The notes under the pieces were generated by a model. The model was not told the origin of the DNA and ran no database searches. It saw only the letters and a list, made by a program, of their open reading frames with translations. DNA of 33,188 nt from Tepidisphaeraceae bacterium. GTDB lineage: Bacteria > Planctomycetota > Phycisphaerae > Tepidisphaerales > Tepidisphaeraceae. The position numbers and the translations under genes are program-made. This document shows, piece by piece, positions 6,843 through 15,121 of the stretch. The stretch lies in assembly GCA_036265245.1 (NCBI GenBank), contig DATAPK010000624.1, forward strand, positions 1 through 33,188, written 5' to 3'. The number at the start of each line of letters is the position of its first letter. Within the stretch, counting starts at the first letter, position 1.

Positions 6843-8513
6843 ATGATTCGTACGGTTCCCTTTTTCGTCGCGGTTTGCGTTGTCGCGATGTTCGCGCGAT
6901 CGAGTATAGCCGAGGCCGTCCTCGAGACGCGTGACACGGAGTCGCTTGCGATCGAATCGAGGTTGATCATCGAGGCGACGATCGATTGCGATTGGACCGA
7001 GGGTACTCGAGGTGGTGCCAAGGCAGACGTCGCGCGTGTGGTGGTCGATCGCCTCATCGCGGGGCCTCGCGACACGATCGGACCGTGGGACGGTGCCGAC
7101 ACTGTGAAGCGAGATTACTCCGCGTTCAAGCTCGCCGCCGGCGATCATCTCGATGTCGCCGGCTTAGGCCTTTATGCGATTTCGCCCGACCTTGCAGGTG
7201 GCAAACGGCGAGGGCTGGCTAAAGGCGATCGGCTCGTTCTCTTTCTGATGGACAAGCGTGATCGAGCCGATCTCTTCGTCGCCTGGCAGGAGACGTCGGC
7301 AAACTGGGCGGTACCGTTTAATGCGTTACGGCTGATCGTCGGCACGGACACGTACGCGTTCGTGCAGCATTGGGGCGGTCGATCCAACGAGTTCCGAATG
7401 TCGAGCACGATTGAAACGGCGACCCCGGTTCTATTCCCGGAGGTTAAGCCGCTACCGTTGGACGAACTCGATCGCCGGATTCTCAAGGCCATCACCGACG
7501 AACCCGCACTGCAGCAGACGATCGACAGTGCGACGCGCGCCGATGCGCCTGCTCTGCTGGAGATATGCCGATCGCGCAAGGACGCCGCGCCGGGCGAAGT
7601 CGTCGCAGCCAAGCATTGGCCCTTGTGGGCCGGTGCAAAGATCCAACAGGTCGCCGATGCGCAGATGCTCGTTGACTACTTCGTCTCCGAGGAGCGGATG
7701 CGTGAGGACAACTTCCATCCCCAATATGGATTTGGTGGATCGGTGGATACCCACGAACTCATCCTGCGGAAGTTGGAAGATGGCGCGATTCCGGCAGCGC
7801 GGCTGCGAGATGCATTCGACGTTTTCAGTGATGGCCGCAACTATCGTACGCCGCTAAAGCAGTCGTCCATTAAGGGTTCGCCGCCTCCGCACGGTGGCCG
7901 GCTCGCGACGCGGCTTGCGAAGGTCGCGTTGCGGGTCAGCGATCCACGGCAACTGTGGTTCGCTTACGGCGCAATCCGCGATTGCATGCCCTTTGCCGAC
8001 GAGCGATCGTTTCCGGCATTGGACGACGACTTGGCGGCCGCTGCGGACGTTCTCGTCGAGGGCTGGCCGAAGCTGAACAACGACCAGCGTTGCGAAGCGG
8101 CGATCACGCTTGCCTTCATCGACGTGAAGCAAGTCCAACGCGTGATGCCCTCCGGCGGTCTATTCATCTCGCTCCTCAAGCCTCGGTCGTATGGCAAGGT
8201 ACTCGATCAAAAGGGACAACTGCACCTGGAGTACAAGTACAATAACGTCCTGAAGAAGTCGGATCCGCCGATGACGCTCTCGCTTGTCCTGCGTTCGGCT
8301 GACGGGAAGCGTGAGTTCGAACGGGACTTCGAGAACGAGCACGCCCAACTCCGCGAGAACGGTGGACGCGGGAGTGGCGGCCAGATGTCCTTGGACATCG
8401 CCTTGCCCGACGGCGTGACGGCCGGCACGTACCATGCCTTTATTCGCGCACGCAGCGAAGGCAAGCTGCTCGCCGACGGCATCGGCTGCGACGTCGTGGT
8501 CCCTGAGAATTAG
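6843..8513 (+). CDS. Hypothetical secreted protein, 556 aa, no recognisable domain
   Basis: Long ORF with ATG at 6843 and signal peptide MIRTVPFFVAVCVVAMFARSSIAEA. Codon bias resembles the neighbours. The antisense ORFs over it are low-complexity shadows. Confidence 0.7.
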   Translation: MIRTVPFFVAVCVVAMFARSSIAEAVLETRDTESLAIESRLIIEATIDCDWTEGTRGGAKADVARVVVDRLIAGPRDTIGPWDGADTVKRDYSAFKLAAGDHLDVAGLGLYAISPDLAGGKRRGLAKGDRLVLFLMDKRDRADLFVAWQETSANWAVPFNALRLIVGTDTYAFVQHWGGRSNEFRMSSTIETATPVLFPEVKPLPLDELDRRILKAITDEPALQQTIDSATRADAPALLEICRSRKDAAPGEVVAAKHWPLWAGAKIQQVADAQMLVDYFVSEERMREDNFHPQYGFGGSVDTHELILRKLEDGAIPAARLRDAFDVFSDGRNYRTPLKQSSIKGSPPPHGGRLATRLAKVALRVSDPRQLWFAYGAIRDCMPFADERSFPALDDDLAAAADVLVEGWPKLNNDQRCEAAITLAFIDVKQVQRVMPSGGLFISLLKPRSYGKVLDQKGQLHLEYKYNNVLKKSDPPMTLSLVLRSADGKREFERDFENEHAQLRENGGRGSGGQMSLDIALPDGVTAGTYHAFIRARSEGKLLADGIGCDVVVPEN

Positions 8514-8561
8514 TCTAGTAGGGAAATCTCCAGGGATAAGTCAAAAGACCGTCACCCAAAA

Positions 8562-8580
8562 CCTCTCCCGAGGGAAGAGG
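8562..8580. terminator. Imperfect hairpin between convergent genes (possible bidirectional terminator)
   Basis: cctctcccgagggaagagg forms about 7 bp of stem with one mismatch. It sits in the 98-nt gap between the stop at 8513 (+) and the stop at 8612 (-). Confidence 0.25.
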
Positions 8581-8611
8581 CGATGAGAGCATCCTGTGGT
8601 CGATTTAGTTT

Positions 8612-9607
8612 TTAGAAATGGAATTGATCGATGTTGTCTTTGGTGAAGGCGACGGGGGGGCCGGTGATGACGACGCCTTTGTCGCGGAAGGTGCGTTCGC
8701 CCATGGTGCCGGCGGTGAATTTGGCGCCGGCTTCGGGTTTGACTTTGCCGTTGGCGAGGGCGATGCCGAGGTTGCCGGCGACGTAGCCTTCATCCTTGGG
8801 GCTCCAGAGGGCGAAGGCTTTGACGGTGCCGTCGGTGACGAAGCGGCGCATCTGGTTGGGTGTGCCTAAGCCCGTCACCGCGATCTGCGATGCTTTGTTG
8901 GCGGATTCGACGACCTGGGCGCAGGCGGCGACACCGACGGTGGTGGGGGAGATGATTCCCTTGAGATCAGGATATTTGGTCAGAAGGGCCTGGGCTTCGG
9001 TGGTGCTTTTTTCGGGTTGGTCGTCGCCGTAGACGACATCGACCAACTGCATGTCTTTGTACTTGGCATCCTTGAGGGCTTCCTTCATCCACTTGATCCA
9101 CTCGTTTTGGTTTGGGGCGTCGGTGGTGGCGGAGAGGATGGCGATTTTGCCTTTGTAGTCGATGAGCGATCCGAGCAGTTCGATCTGGCCGCGGCCGACC
9201 ATTTCGGGGTCGGTGGGCAGGACGCCGGCGGTGCGGTATTTCTCGTTGCCGGTGAGATCGGAATCGACGCAGATGACGGTTACGCCCTTGGCCATGGCTT
9301 CTTTGAAGGTTTCGTTGAGGGCGTCGGGGCTGTTGGGGGAGATGGCGATGACTTTCACGCCACGCTGCACCTGGGCTTCGATGAGGGGAAGCTGGCTGGT
9401 GGCGTCGGCGGTGGCGGGGGCGACTTGCTCGAAGGAGACGTTGGCTTCCTTGGCGGCCTGAGCGAAGCCATCGACCATCGGATCGAAATACGGATTGCCG
9501 GTGTTCTTGGGGATATAGACCATGAACGGCGGCGCTGATTTGTTGCAGGAAGTGAGGGTGAAGGTGAAGAGGGTGACGAGGAGCAAACCGAGGGATCGCT
9601 TAAGCAT
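8612..9607 (-). CDS. Sugar ABC transporter substrate-binding lipoprotein (rhamnose-type, RhaS-like of the Rhizobium RhaSTPQ system)
   Basis: 331 aa with lipoprotein signal LLLVTLFTFTLTSC. Periplasmic-binding-protein pattern: VYIPKNTGNPYFDPMVDGF, GVKVIAISPNS, VTVICVDSD. Last gene of the rhaM-ABC cluster, and its start overlaps the upstream permease stop. Confidence 0.8.
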   Translation of the reverse strand: MLKRSLGLLLVTLFTFTLTSCNKSAPPFMVYIPKNTGNPYFDPMVDGFAQAAKEANVSFEQVAPATADATSQLPLIEAQVQRGVKVIAISPNSPDALNETFKEAMAKGVTVICVDSDLTGNEKYRTAGVLPTDPEMVGRGQIELLGSLIDYKGKIAILSATTDAPNQNEWIKWMKEALKDAKYKDMQLVDVVYGDDQPEKSTTEAQALLTKYPDLKGIISPTTVGVAACAQVVESANKASQIAVTGLGTPNQMRRFVTDGTVKAFALWSPKDEGYVAGNLGIALANGKVKPEAGAKFTAGTMGERTFRDKGVVITGPPVAFTKDNIDQFHF

Positions 9608-10598
9608 GTTTCAATTCTCCGCCAGAAGGATTTGCAGCGGGGCGCTTGGGCGCCGGGGTCCGCGTGCTGAGCTTGCCGGTTAGATTAGCCAAAATCACGG
9701 AAACCACCAAGAGGGAGCCGGTGACGGTCAGTTGGGTTTCAGCGCTGATGCCTTGGAGGATCATCCCCTGCTGGACAATCATGAGGAGGAAGAGGGCGAG
9801 GACGGTTCCGATGATGGAGCCGCGGCCGCCGAAGATGTCGGTGCCGCCGAGGACGACGGCGGTGATGACGGAAAGCTCGTAGCCGGGGGCGTGGTCAAAG
9901 CGGGCGATGGCGAGGCGGGACATCATCATGAGAGCGCCGACAGCCATCATCAGGCCGGAGAGGACGAAGATGGAGAGTTTGGCGCGATCGACCTGCAGGC
10001 CGGAGAAGCGGGCGCCGGGTTCGTTGGTGCCGATGGCGTAGACGCAGCGACCGAAAACCATTTTGTGGAGGATGATGCCGAAGATCAGGGCGAGGACGAG
10101 GAAGATAATCAGGGGGGCGGGGATCAGGCCGAAGGCTTTGACGTTATCAACGCGGACAAACCATGAGGGGAAGTTGCCGATGGAGCGGTCGCCGAGCAGA
10201 CGTTGTGCGAGGCCGCGATAGAGGGCGAGGGTGCCGAGCGTGACGGTGAGGGAGGGCAGGCCGAGCTTGGTGATGAGCAGGCCGTTGAATAGGCCGAGGA
10301 TGATGCCCATGAGAATCGCCAGCACCATGACCCATTGCATCGGGACGCCTGCTTCAAAAAGTCTTGCGGAGCAGACGACGATCAGAGCCAGGCCGGAGGC
10401 GACGGAGAGATCGATGTTGCCGCTGATGATGACGAAGGTCATGGCCAGCGCCATCACGCCGATTTCCATGTGGGGGGAGCTGATCTTGAGAAGGTATCGC
10501 GCGTCGAGAAATGAAGGGGTGCCCACTGCGCTGATGCCGAAGGCGATCAGCAGCAGAAGCAGCGTGATGATTTCCGGGCGGCGCAGGATCGCTTTCAT
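9600..10598 (-). CDS. Sugar ABC transporter permease (CUT2/RbsC-like, RhaQ-like)
   Basis: 332 aa and multi-TM. BPD_transp_2-type motifs are present: GNIDLSVAS, TAVVLGGTDIFGGRGSIIGT. A 4-nt overlap with the upstream fused gene indicates translational coupling. Confidence 0.88.
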   Translation of the reverse strand: MKAILRRPEIITLLLLLIAFGISAVGTPSFLDARYLLKISSPHMEIGVMALAMTFVIISGNIDLSVASGLALIVVCSARLFEAGVPMQWVMVLAILMGIILGLFNGLLITKLGLPSLTVTLGTLALYRGLAQRLLGDRSIGNFPSWFVRVDNVKAFGLIPAPLIIFLVLALIFGIILHKMVFGRCVYAIGTNEPGARFSGLQVDRAKLSIFVLSGLMMAVGALMMMSRLAIARFDHAPGYELSVITAVVLGGTDIFGGRGSIIGTVLALFLLMIVQQGMILQGISAETQLTVTGSLLVVSVILANLTGKLSTRTPAPKRPAANPSGGELKHA

Positions 10599-13162
10599 GC
10601 GGACTTTCCGAAACGCTTTTGAATGATGGTATCGAGTGAGGCGGCGGCGAGGATGGCCACGCCATAAACCGCTTTTTGCCAGAACGGGTTAATGCCGACG
10701 ACGGGCATCGCCTGATTGACGAGGCCGAGGAAGAGGCAGCCGAAGAGGACGCCAAGGACGGTGCCCGATCCGCCGAAGACGTTGGTGCCGCCGATGACGG
10801 CGGCGGAGATGGTGATGAGTTCCATTTCCACGCCGGTCTTGCTGGGGTTGATGAAAGTGAATTTGGAAGCGTAGAAGATTCCGGCCAGGCCGGAGAGGGC
10901 GCCGGTGAGGGTGAAGATGAGGAGGAGGACGCGGTTGATGGGGATGCCACGCATCTGGGCGGCGTGGGGGTTGCTGCCGATGGCGTAAATCTCGCGGCCG
11001 GTGCGGGTGTAACGAAGGAAGAGGGCGGTGAGCACCGCGATCATGGCGGCGAAGACGATGATCCAGGGGATGTAAATGGCGGATCGGTTGGAGAGGTCAA
11101 TCAATGCTTCGGGAATGTAGTTGGAATCCACCTGGCGGCCGCCGGAGTAAATGAAGACCAGGCCGCGATAGGCGCTGAGTGTGCCGAGGGTTGTGATGAT
11201 GGCGGGGACGCGCAGATAAGCGATGAGGGTGCCGTTGATCGCGCCCATGGCGGCACCGATGACAGTTGCTAAAAGCGCGGCTAGGGGGAGCGGGAAACCG
11301 GGATGCGTGACGAAGATTCCGCAGGTTGCGATCGACGCGAACGCGAGGATCGAGCCGACGGAGAGATCGATGTTTCGGCTGATGATAACCATCATCTGGC
11401 CCATCGCGACGACGATGATGATGGGGGTGAAAAGGAGAATGTTGCTGAGGGTTTCGGGGGCGAGCATGCTGCGGGTCTTCAGGGTGGCAGCGAAGAAGGT
11501 GAGGAGGACGAAGAGGGCGATGCCGAGTTCGCGGAAGCGGAGGAGGCTGGAGGAAGCATCGGTTTTTCGGAGACGGACGGGGTGGGGGGTGGCGGGAGAC
11601 CCCGGCCCTGAAGGGCCGGGCTTTGCTTCCAAGGTAGAGTGTTGTCCTGTTGCGGCGGCCATGATTTTTTCTTGGGTGGCTTCGGAGCGATCGAAGCGGC
11701 CGGTGATTCGGCCTTCGCGCATGACGATGATTCGGTCGCTCATCGCCAAAACCTCCGGGAGGTCGCTGCTGATCATCAGGATCGATTTGCCTTGCCGTGC
11801 GAGTTCGCCCATGAGGTGGTGGACTTCGGCTTTTGCGCCGACGTCGATGCCTCGTGTGGGTTCATCGAGGATGAGAACCTGGGGCTCGGTGAGGAGCCAT
11901 TTGCTGAGGACGACTTTTTGCTGGTTTCCGCCGGACAGTTCGCGGGCGGGCTGGGAGACATCGCGGAGGCGCGTGCGGAGTTTGTCTCGCCATTCTTCAG
12001 CGATATGACGATCTTTTTTGCGGGAGAGCCAGCCGAATTTCGAGACTTTTTTCAGTTCGGCGATGGACGTATTGGTGGCGATCGACATGGGGAGGAGCAG
12101 GCCATGGTGGGCGCGGTCTTCGGGGACGTAGGCGATGCCCTGGTCGATGGCTTGTCGAGGAGAGGAGATATTTAAGGGCTTGCCGTCGAGGGTGACTTTG
12201 CCGGCGGATTGGGAGTGGATGCCGAAGATGGATTGGCCGACGTCGGTGCGGCCCGCGCCGACGAGGCCGGCGACGCCGAGGATTTCGCCGCGGCGGACTT
12301 CGAAGGTGATGTCGGCGAAGCGGCCTTCGCTGCTGAGGTTTTCGACTTTCAATCTTGGTTCGCCGATTTGGGCTGGGGGTTTTTCGAAGAATTTGCCGAG
12401 TTCTCGGCCGACCATCATGCGGATGATTTCGTCGGTTGTCGTTTCCTTCACGTTGCGCGTGCCGATGCAGTGGCCGTCGCGAAGGACGGTGATGCGGTCG
12501 GAGATGGAGAAGACTTCTTCGAGGCGATGGCTGATGAAGACGATGGCGGTGCCGGCATCGCGGAGGCGGCGGACGATGCGGAAGAGATCGCCGACTTCTT
12601 CGGGTGTGAGGGCGGCGGTGGGTTCGTCCATCAATAGCACTTTTGCTTTTTGCGAGAGGGCGGCGGCGAGTTCGACCATTTGCTGGTCGGCGATGGATAG
12701 GCCGCGGACTTTGGCTTTGGGGTCGAGCTTGACGCCGAGGGATTCGAGAATCTTGGCGGCTTCGGAATACATGGCCGACCAGTTCACGAACCATGACGGG
12801 GACGCTTGCGACTTCCCTTCTTTTTGTGGCGATCCGCCGCTCATGAAAATATTTTCGGCGACGCTGAGATCGGGGAAGCTGAGTGGTTCCTGGTGGATCA
12901 GTGCGATGCCGAGTTTCTGGGCGGCGAGGGGTGAGGGGACATTGACGGGGACGTTATCGAGCAATAGTTCGCCCGAGCCGGGGCGGTGGACGCCGGCGAG
13001 GATTTTCATGAGGGTGCTTTTGCCGGCGCCGTTTTCGCCCATGAGGGTGTGGACTTCGCCGGGGCGGAGGTCGAAGTCGACGCTTTCGAGCACGGTGACG
13101 CCGGCGAAGGATTTGCCGACGGCTCGGCAGATGATGATGGGGTTGGTGGTTGGGTCGGACAT
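10595..13162 (-). CDS. Fused sugar ABC ATPase (two NBDs, RhaT/RbsA-like) + permease (RhaP/RbsC-like), ~855 aa
   Basis: The start is taken at ATG 13162 (MSDPTTNPIIICRAVGKSF). The track start at 13255 runs through a palindromic repeat. NBD1: GENGAGKST and LLMDEPTAAL. NBD2: GLVGAGRTD, LSGGNQQKVVLSKWL and LILDEPTRGID. A Pro/Gly linker EAKPGPSGPGSPATPHP follows (about 11570-11640). Then comes a 10-TM-type permease (RNIDLSVGS, GGTNVFGGSGTVLG) with no internal start codon near the junction. Confidence 0.85.
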   Translation of the reverse strand: MSDPTTNPIIICRAVGKSFAGVTVLESVDFDLRPGEVHTLMGENGAGKSTLMKILAGVHRPGSGELLLDNVPVNVPSPLAAQKLGIALIHQEPLSFPDLSVAENIFMSGGSPQKEGKSQASPSWFVNWSAMYSEAAKILESLGVKLDPKAKVRGLSIADQQMVELAAALSQKAKVLLMDEPTAALTPEEVGDLFRIVRRLRDAGTAIVFISHRLEEVFSISDRITVLRDGHCIGTRNVKETTTDEIIRMMVGRELGKFFEKPPAQIGEPRLKVENLSSEGRFADITFEVRRGEILGVAGLVGAGRTDVGQSIFGIHSQSAGKVTLDGKPLNISSPRQAIDQGIAYVPEDRAHHGLLLPMSIATNTSIAELKKVSKFGWLSRKKDRHIAEEWRDKLRTRLRDVSQPARELSGGNQQKVVLSKWLLTEPQVLILDEPTRGIDVGAKAEVHHLMGELARQGKSILMISSDLPEVLAMSDRIIVMREGRITGRFDRSEATQEKIMAAATGQHSTLEAKPGPSGPGSPATPHPVRLRKTDASSSLLRFRELGIALFVLLTFFAATLKTRSMLAPETLSNILLFTPIIIVVAMGQMMVIISRNIDLSVGSILAFASIATCGIFVTHPGFPLPLAALLATVIGAAMGAINGTLIAYLRVPAIITTLGTLSAYRGLVFIYSGGRQVDSNYIPEALIDLSNRSAIYIPWIIVFAAMIAVLTALFLRYTRTGREIYAIGSNPHAAQMRGIPINRVLLLIFTLTGALSGLAGIFYASKFTFINPSKTGVEMELITISAAVIGGTNVFGGSGTVLGVLFGCLFLGLVNQAMPVVGINPFWQKAVYGVAILAAASLDTIIQKRFGKSA

Positions 13163-13214
13163 TTGCGGGTGGGAGGATAACGGGTGGAGGAGAAGGATTG
13201 TAGAGGGTTGGATC

Positions 13215-13324
13215 AATGACCAATGACCAAATCCGAATGACCAATGAATGACCAATACCCAATCTCCAATTGGTCATTGGGATTTGGGATTTCATTGGTC
13301 ATTCGGGCTTGGTCATTGGTCATT
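13215..13324. repeat. Palindromic intergenic repeat, family A copy 1 (AATGACCAA / TTGGTCATT arms)
   Basis: Left arm: aatgaccaatgaccaaatccgaatgaccaatgaatgaccaatacccaatctccaa. Right arm: ttggtcattgggatttgggatttcattggtcattcgggcttggtcattggtcatt. Together they form a ~110-nt imperfect hairpin centred near 13269/13270. It lies between the rhaM stop (13334) and the fused ABC gene start (13162). Confidence 0.8.
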
Positions 13325-13333
13325 TTGTGAATG

Positions 13334-13654
13334 TCATTCCAAATGGAAGACCTCCGGGAGGGTGAACATGGCTTCGTCCGGTCGCTGGCCCTCGAGTTTT
13401 TCGAAGAAGGGGGACATTTCGCGTTGCCATTTTTCGTTGATGGGTTGCTTGGCCATTCCGTCGAGGCAGGCTTGGAAATTGTCGCATTCCAGGTAGCCGA
13501 TGAGCAGGCCGTCGTCACGCAGAAAGAGAGAGTAGTTTTTCCAGCCGGTGTCGCGCAGGGCTTGTTGCATTTCGGGCCACACGTGCTCGTGGCGACGTTT
13601 GTATTCGTCTAGGCGGTCGGGGCGAACTTTCAGGAGGAAGCAGACTCTTGGCAT
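13334..13654 (-). CDS. rhaM: L-rhamnose mutarotase
   Basis: The 106-aa protein aligns by eye with E. coli RhaM/YiiL. Matching stretches: LKVRPDRLDEYKRRHEHVWPEMQQALRDTGWKNYSLFL and LPEVFHLE at the C-terminus. Confidence 0.9.
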   Translation of the reverse strand: MPRVCFLLKVRPDRLDEYKRRHEHVWPEMQQALRDTGWKNYSLFLRDDGLLIGYLECDNFQACLDGMAKQPINEKWQREMSPFFEKLEGQRPDEAMFTLPEVFHLE

Positions 13655-13689
13655 AGGAGGCTCGTGTCGAAGTACGCACTAAGAGGTTG

Positions 13690-13795
13690 GCCACAGAGGC
13701 ACAGAGGCACAGAGGACACAGAGATAAGAGGAGATAAATCAAATCATTTTGTTTTCTCTTTGTGTTTTTCTCTGTGATCTCTGTTCCTCTGTGGC
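13690..13795. repeat. Palindromic intergenic repeat, family B copy 1 (CACAGAGG / CCTCTGTG arms)
   Basis: gccacagaggcacagaggcacagaggacacagagataagagg pairs with ttctctttgtgtttttctctgtgatctctgttcctctgtggc across a short AT-rich loop. It lies between the stop at 13811 and the rhaM start at 13654. Confidence 0.8.
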
Positions 13796-13810
13796 AAATC
13801 ATCTTTTTTG

Positions 13811-14989
13811 TTATGGGGCGACGTTTACTTCGATGGGCGAGGCGGCGCCCTGGGCGGATTGATCGACGTAGGTTTTCCAAGTGGCGTCGTCCTTGAAGGG
13901 GCCGAACTTATCCCAGCAGAAGCCGGCCCAGTAGGAGACGGAATTGGTGTCGGGGGAGACTTTGGTGAGGATCAGGTCGTTCTGTTTGTCTTCAGTTTGT
14001 TTTTCGATGAGCTTGGGGTCGATGACGACGGCGACGCCCTGCATGCCGCCGTTCTTTTCCATTTTTTCCCATTTGGAAAGCCAGCCATGCTCGGCGTTGA
14101 AATCTTTTTTATCGCCGGGCATTTTTCGCAGGCCGATGGCGGCGGTGAGGGGTTGGCCGGGGGCTTTGGGTTGATATTTGATTTCGTAATGATCGAGGTT
14201 TTGGCCGGCGTCGAGGGAGATTCGGCGGATTTCGGTGACGGGCGTGCCGTTGACGTCAAACGCATCGTACATCAGCTCGAACATCACGCGGATTGGGCCG
14301 GCGGCGAGGGTGTGAGAATCGACGAAATTGCTGGCGACCCAGAGTTTGTCGGCGGCCCAGAGACCGTCGCCGCCGTCGCCGCGGGTCGCGCCGGCGGAGT
14401 AGTCGTCGTAGCCTTCGCCGTTGTCGTGATGGTAGTTGTCGACCATGTACCACTGATCGACGACCATCTTCGGCGTGCGTTTGCTCCAGATGTCGATTGA
14501 GCTGCTGGTGAGGGGTTCGCCTTTCCAGGTTATCAGCGCTTTGCCGTAGGTGCGGTGGGCGATGCGGTCGTTTTCCCAGACGTAGTCGTCGAAACGCTCG
14601 CGATTGAATCGGCCATAGGCTTTGAAATCTTCGGGCTTGTATTCGATCTTTTCGCCGGCGGAGACGGTGAAGGTTTTGGATTCGTTGGGGGCGAAGTCGG
14701 ATTGGAAGATGACGATGTCGGGTTTGTGGAGTTCGTCAAAGTCGGTATCGACGGCCTGGGTGAGAAGCTCTTTGCCGGATTGGTCTTTCACGTGAACCAT
14801 GTGCAGGTCTTTGACGTTGAGGGCGGCGATGTCGATGCCTTTGAGCTCGATGGTTTGGGAAGGGCGGGCGAAGGGGAGTTTGTTGGCAGCTTTGATGGTG
14901 ATGTCGGCGTGGGCGGTAGTCGCGATCAAAATAGATGCGGCCATGAAGAAAGATTTACCACGGAGGCGCAGAGGGCTCAGAGAAAACAT
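13811..14989 (-). CDS. Secreted DUF4861-like protein (family often next to kduI in uronate/pectin loci); start uncertain
   Basis: There is a long ORF to 15115. Candidate ATGs are 15061 (GGAG 7 nt upstream), 14989 (best signal peptide, MFSLSPLRLRGKSFFMAASILIATTAHA) and 14944. The body (FNRERFDDYVWENDRIAHRTYGKAL, IDIWSKRT) resembles DUF4861 from memory only. The family assignment needs an HMM search. Confidence 0.55.
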   Translation of the reverse strand: MFSLSPLRLRGKSFFMAASILIATTAHADITIKAANKLPFARPSQTIELKGIDIAALNVKDLHMVHVKDQSGKELLTQAVDTDFDELHKPDIVIFQSDFAPNESKTFTVSAGEKIEYKPEDFKAYGRFNRERFDDYVWENDRIAHRTYGKALITWKGEPLTSSSIDIWSKRTPKMVVDQWYMVDNYHHDNGEGYDDYSAGATRGDGGDGLWAADKLWVASNFVDSHTLAAGPIRVMFELMYDAFDVNGTPVTEIRRISLDAGQNLDHYEIKYQPKAPGQPLTAAIGLRKMPGDKKDFNAEHGWLSKWEKMEKNGGMQGVAVVIDPKLIEKQTEDKQNDLILTKVSPDTNSVSYWAGFCWDKFGPFKDDATWKTYVDQSAQGAASPIEVNVAP

Positions 14990-15033
14990 AGATTGAATTT
15001 TTTGTGTTCTCTGTGTGCTTTGTGTCTCTGTGG
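14958..15033. repeat. Palindromic repeat, family B copy 2
   Basis: ccacggaggcgcagagggctcagagaaaaca pairs with tgtgttctctgtgtgctttgtgtctctgtgg. It lies between the kduI stop (15122) and the mature part of the DUF4861-like protein. The candidate ATG at 14989 sits at the edge of the loop. Confidence 0.75.
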
Positions 15034-15121
15034 CTAGTTTGTTTGACGCGATCGCTTTCATGTTAGTTCTCCGCAATCGAGATATTTTGAAGGCACGGGC
15101 AAGACGCCCATGCAATGTTTA

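Noticed and set aside
13163-13255. ORF-track N-terminal extensions that read through palindromic repeats (also 25500-25598, 22947-22979 and part of 14990-15115)
   Set aside because: The extensions are encoded by family A/B repeat arms (WSFGFGHWSLI-type peptides). Conserved protein sequence and better start contexts begin downstream.
10354-13295. Numerous long ORFs overlapping the ABC genes (for example 11997-12794 -, 12135-13226 +, 11223-12008 +, 10676-11272 +)
   Set aside because: These are alternative-frame or antisense reads of strongly supported ABC ATPase and permease genes. The Arg/Pro/His-rich or Asp/Gly/Glu-rich low complexity is typical of high-GC shadow frames.
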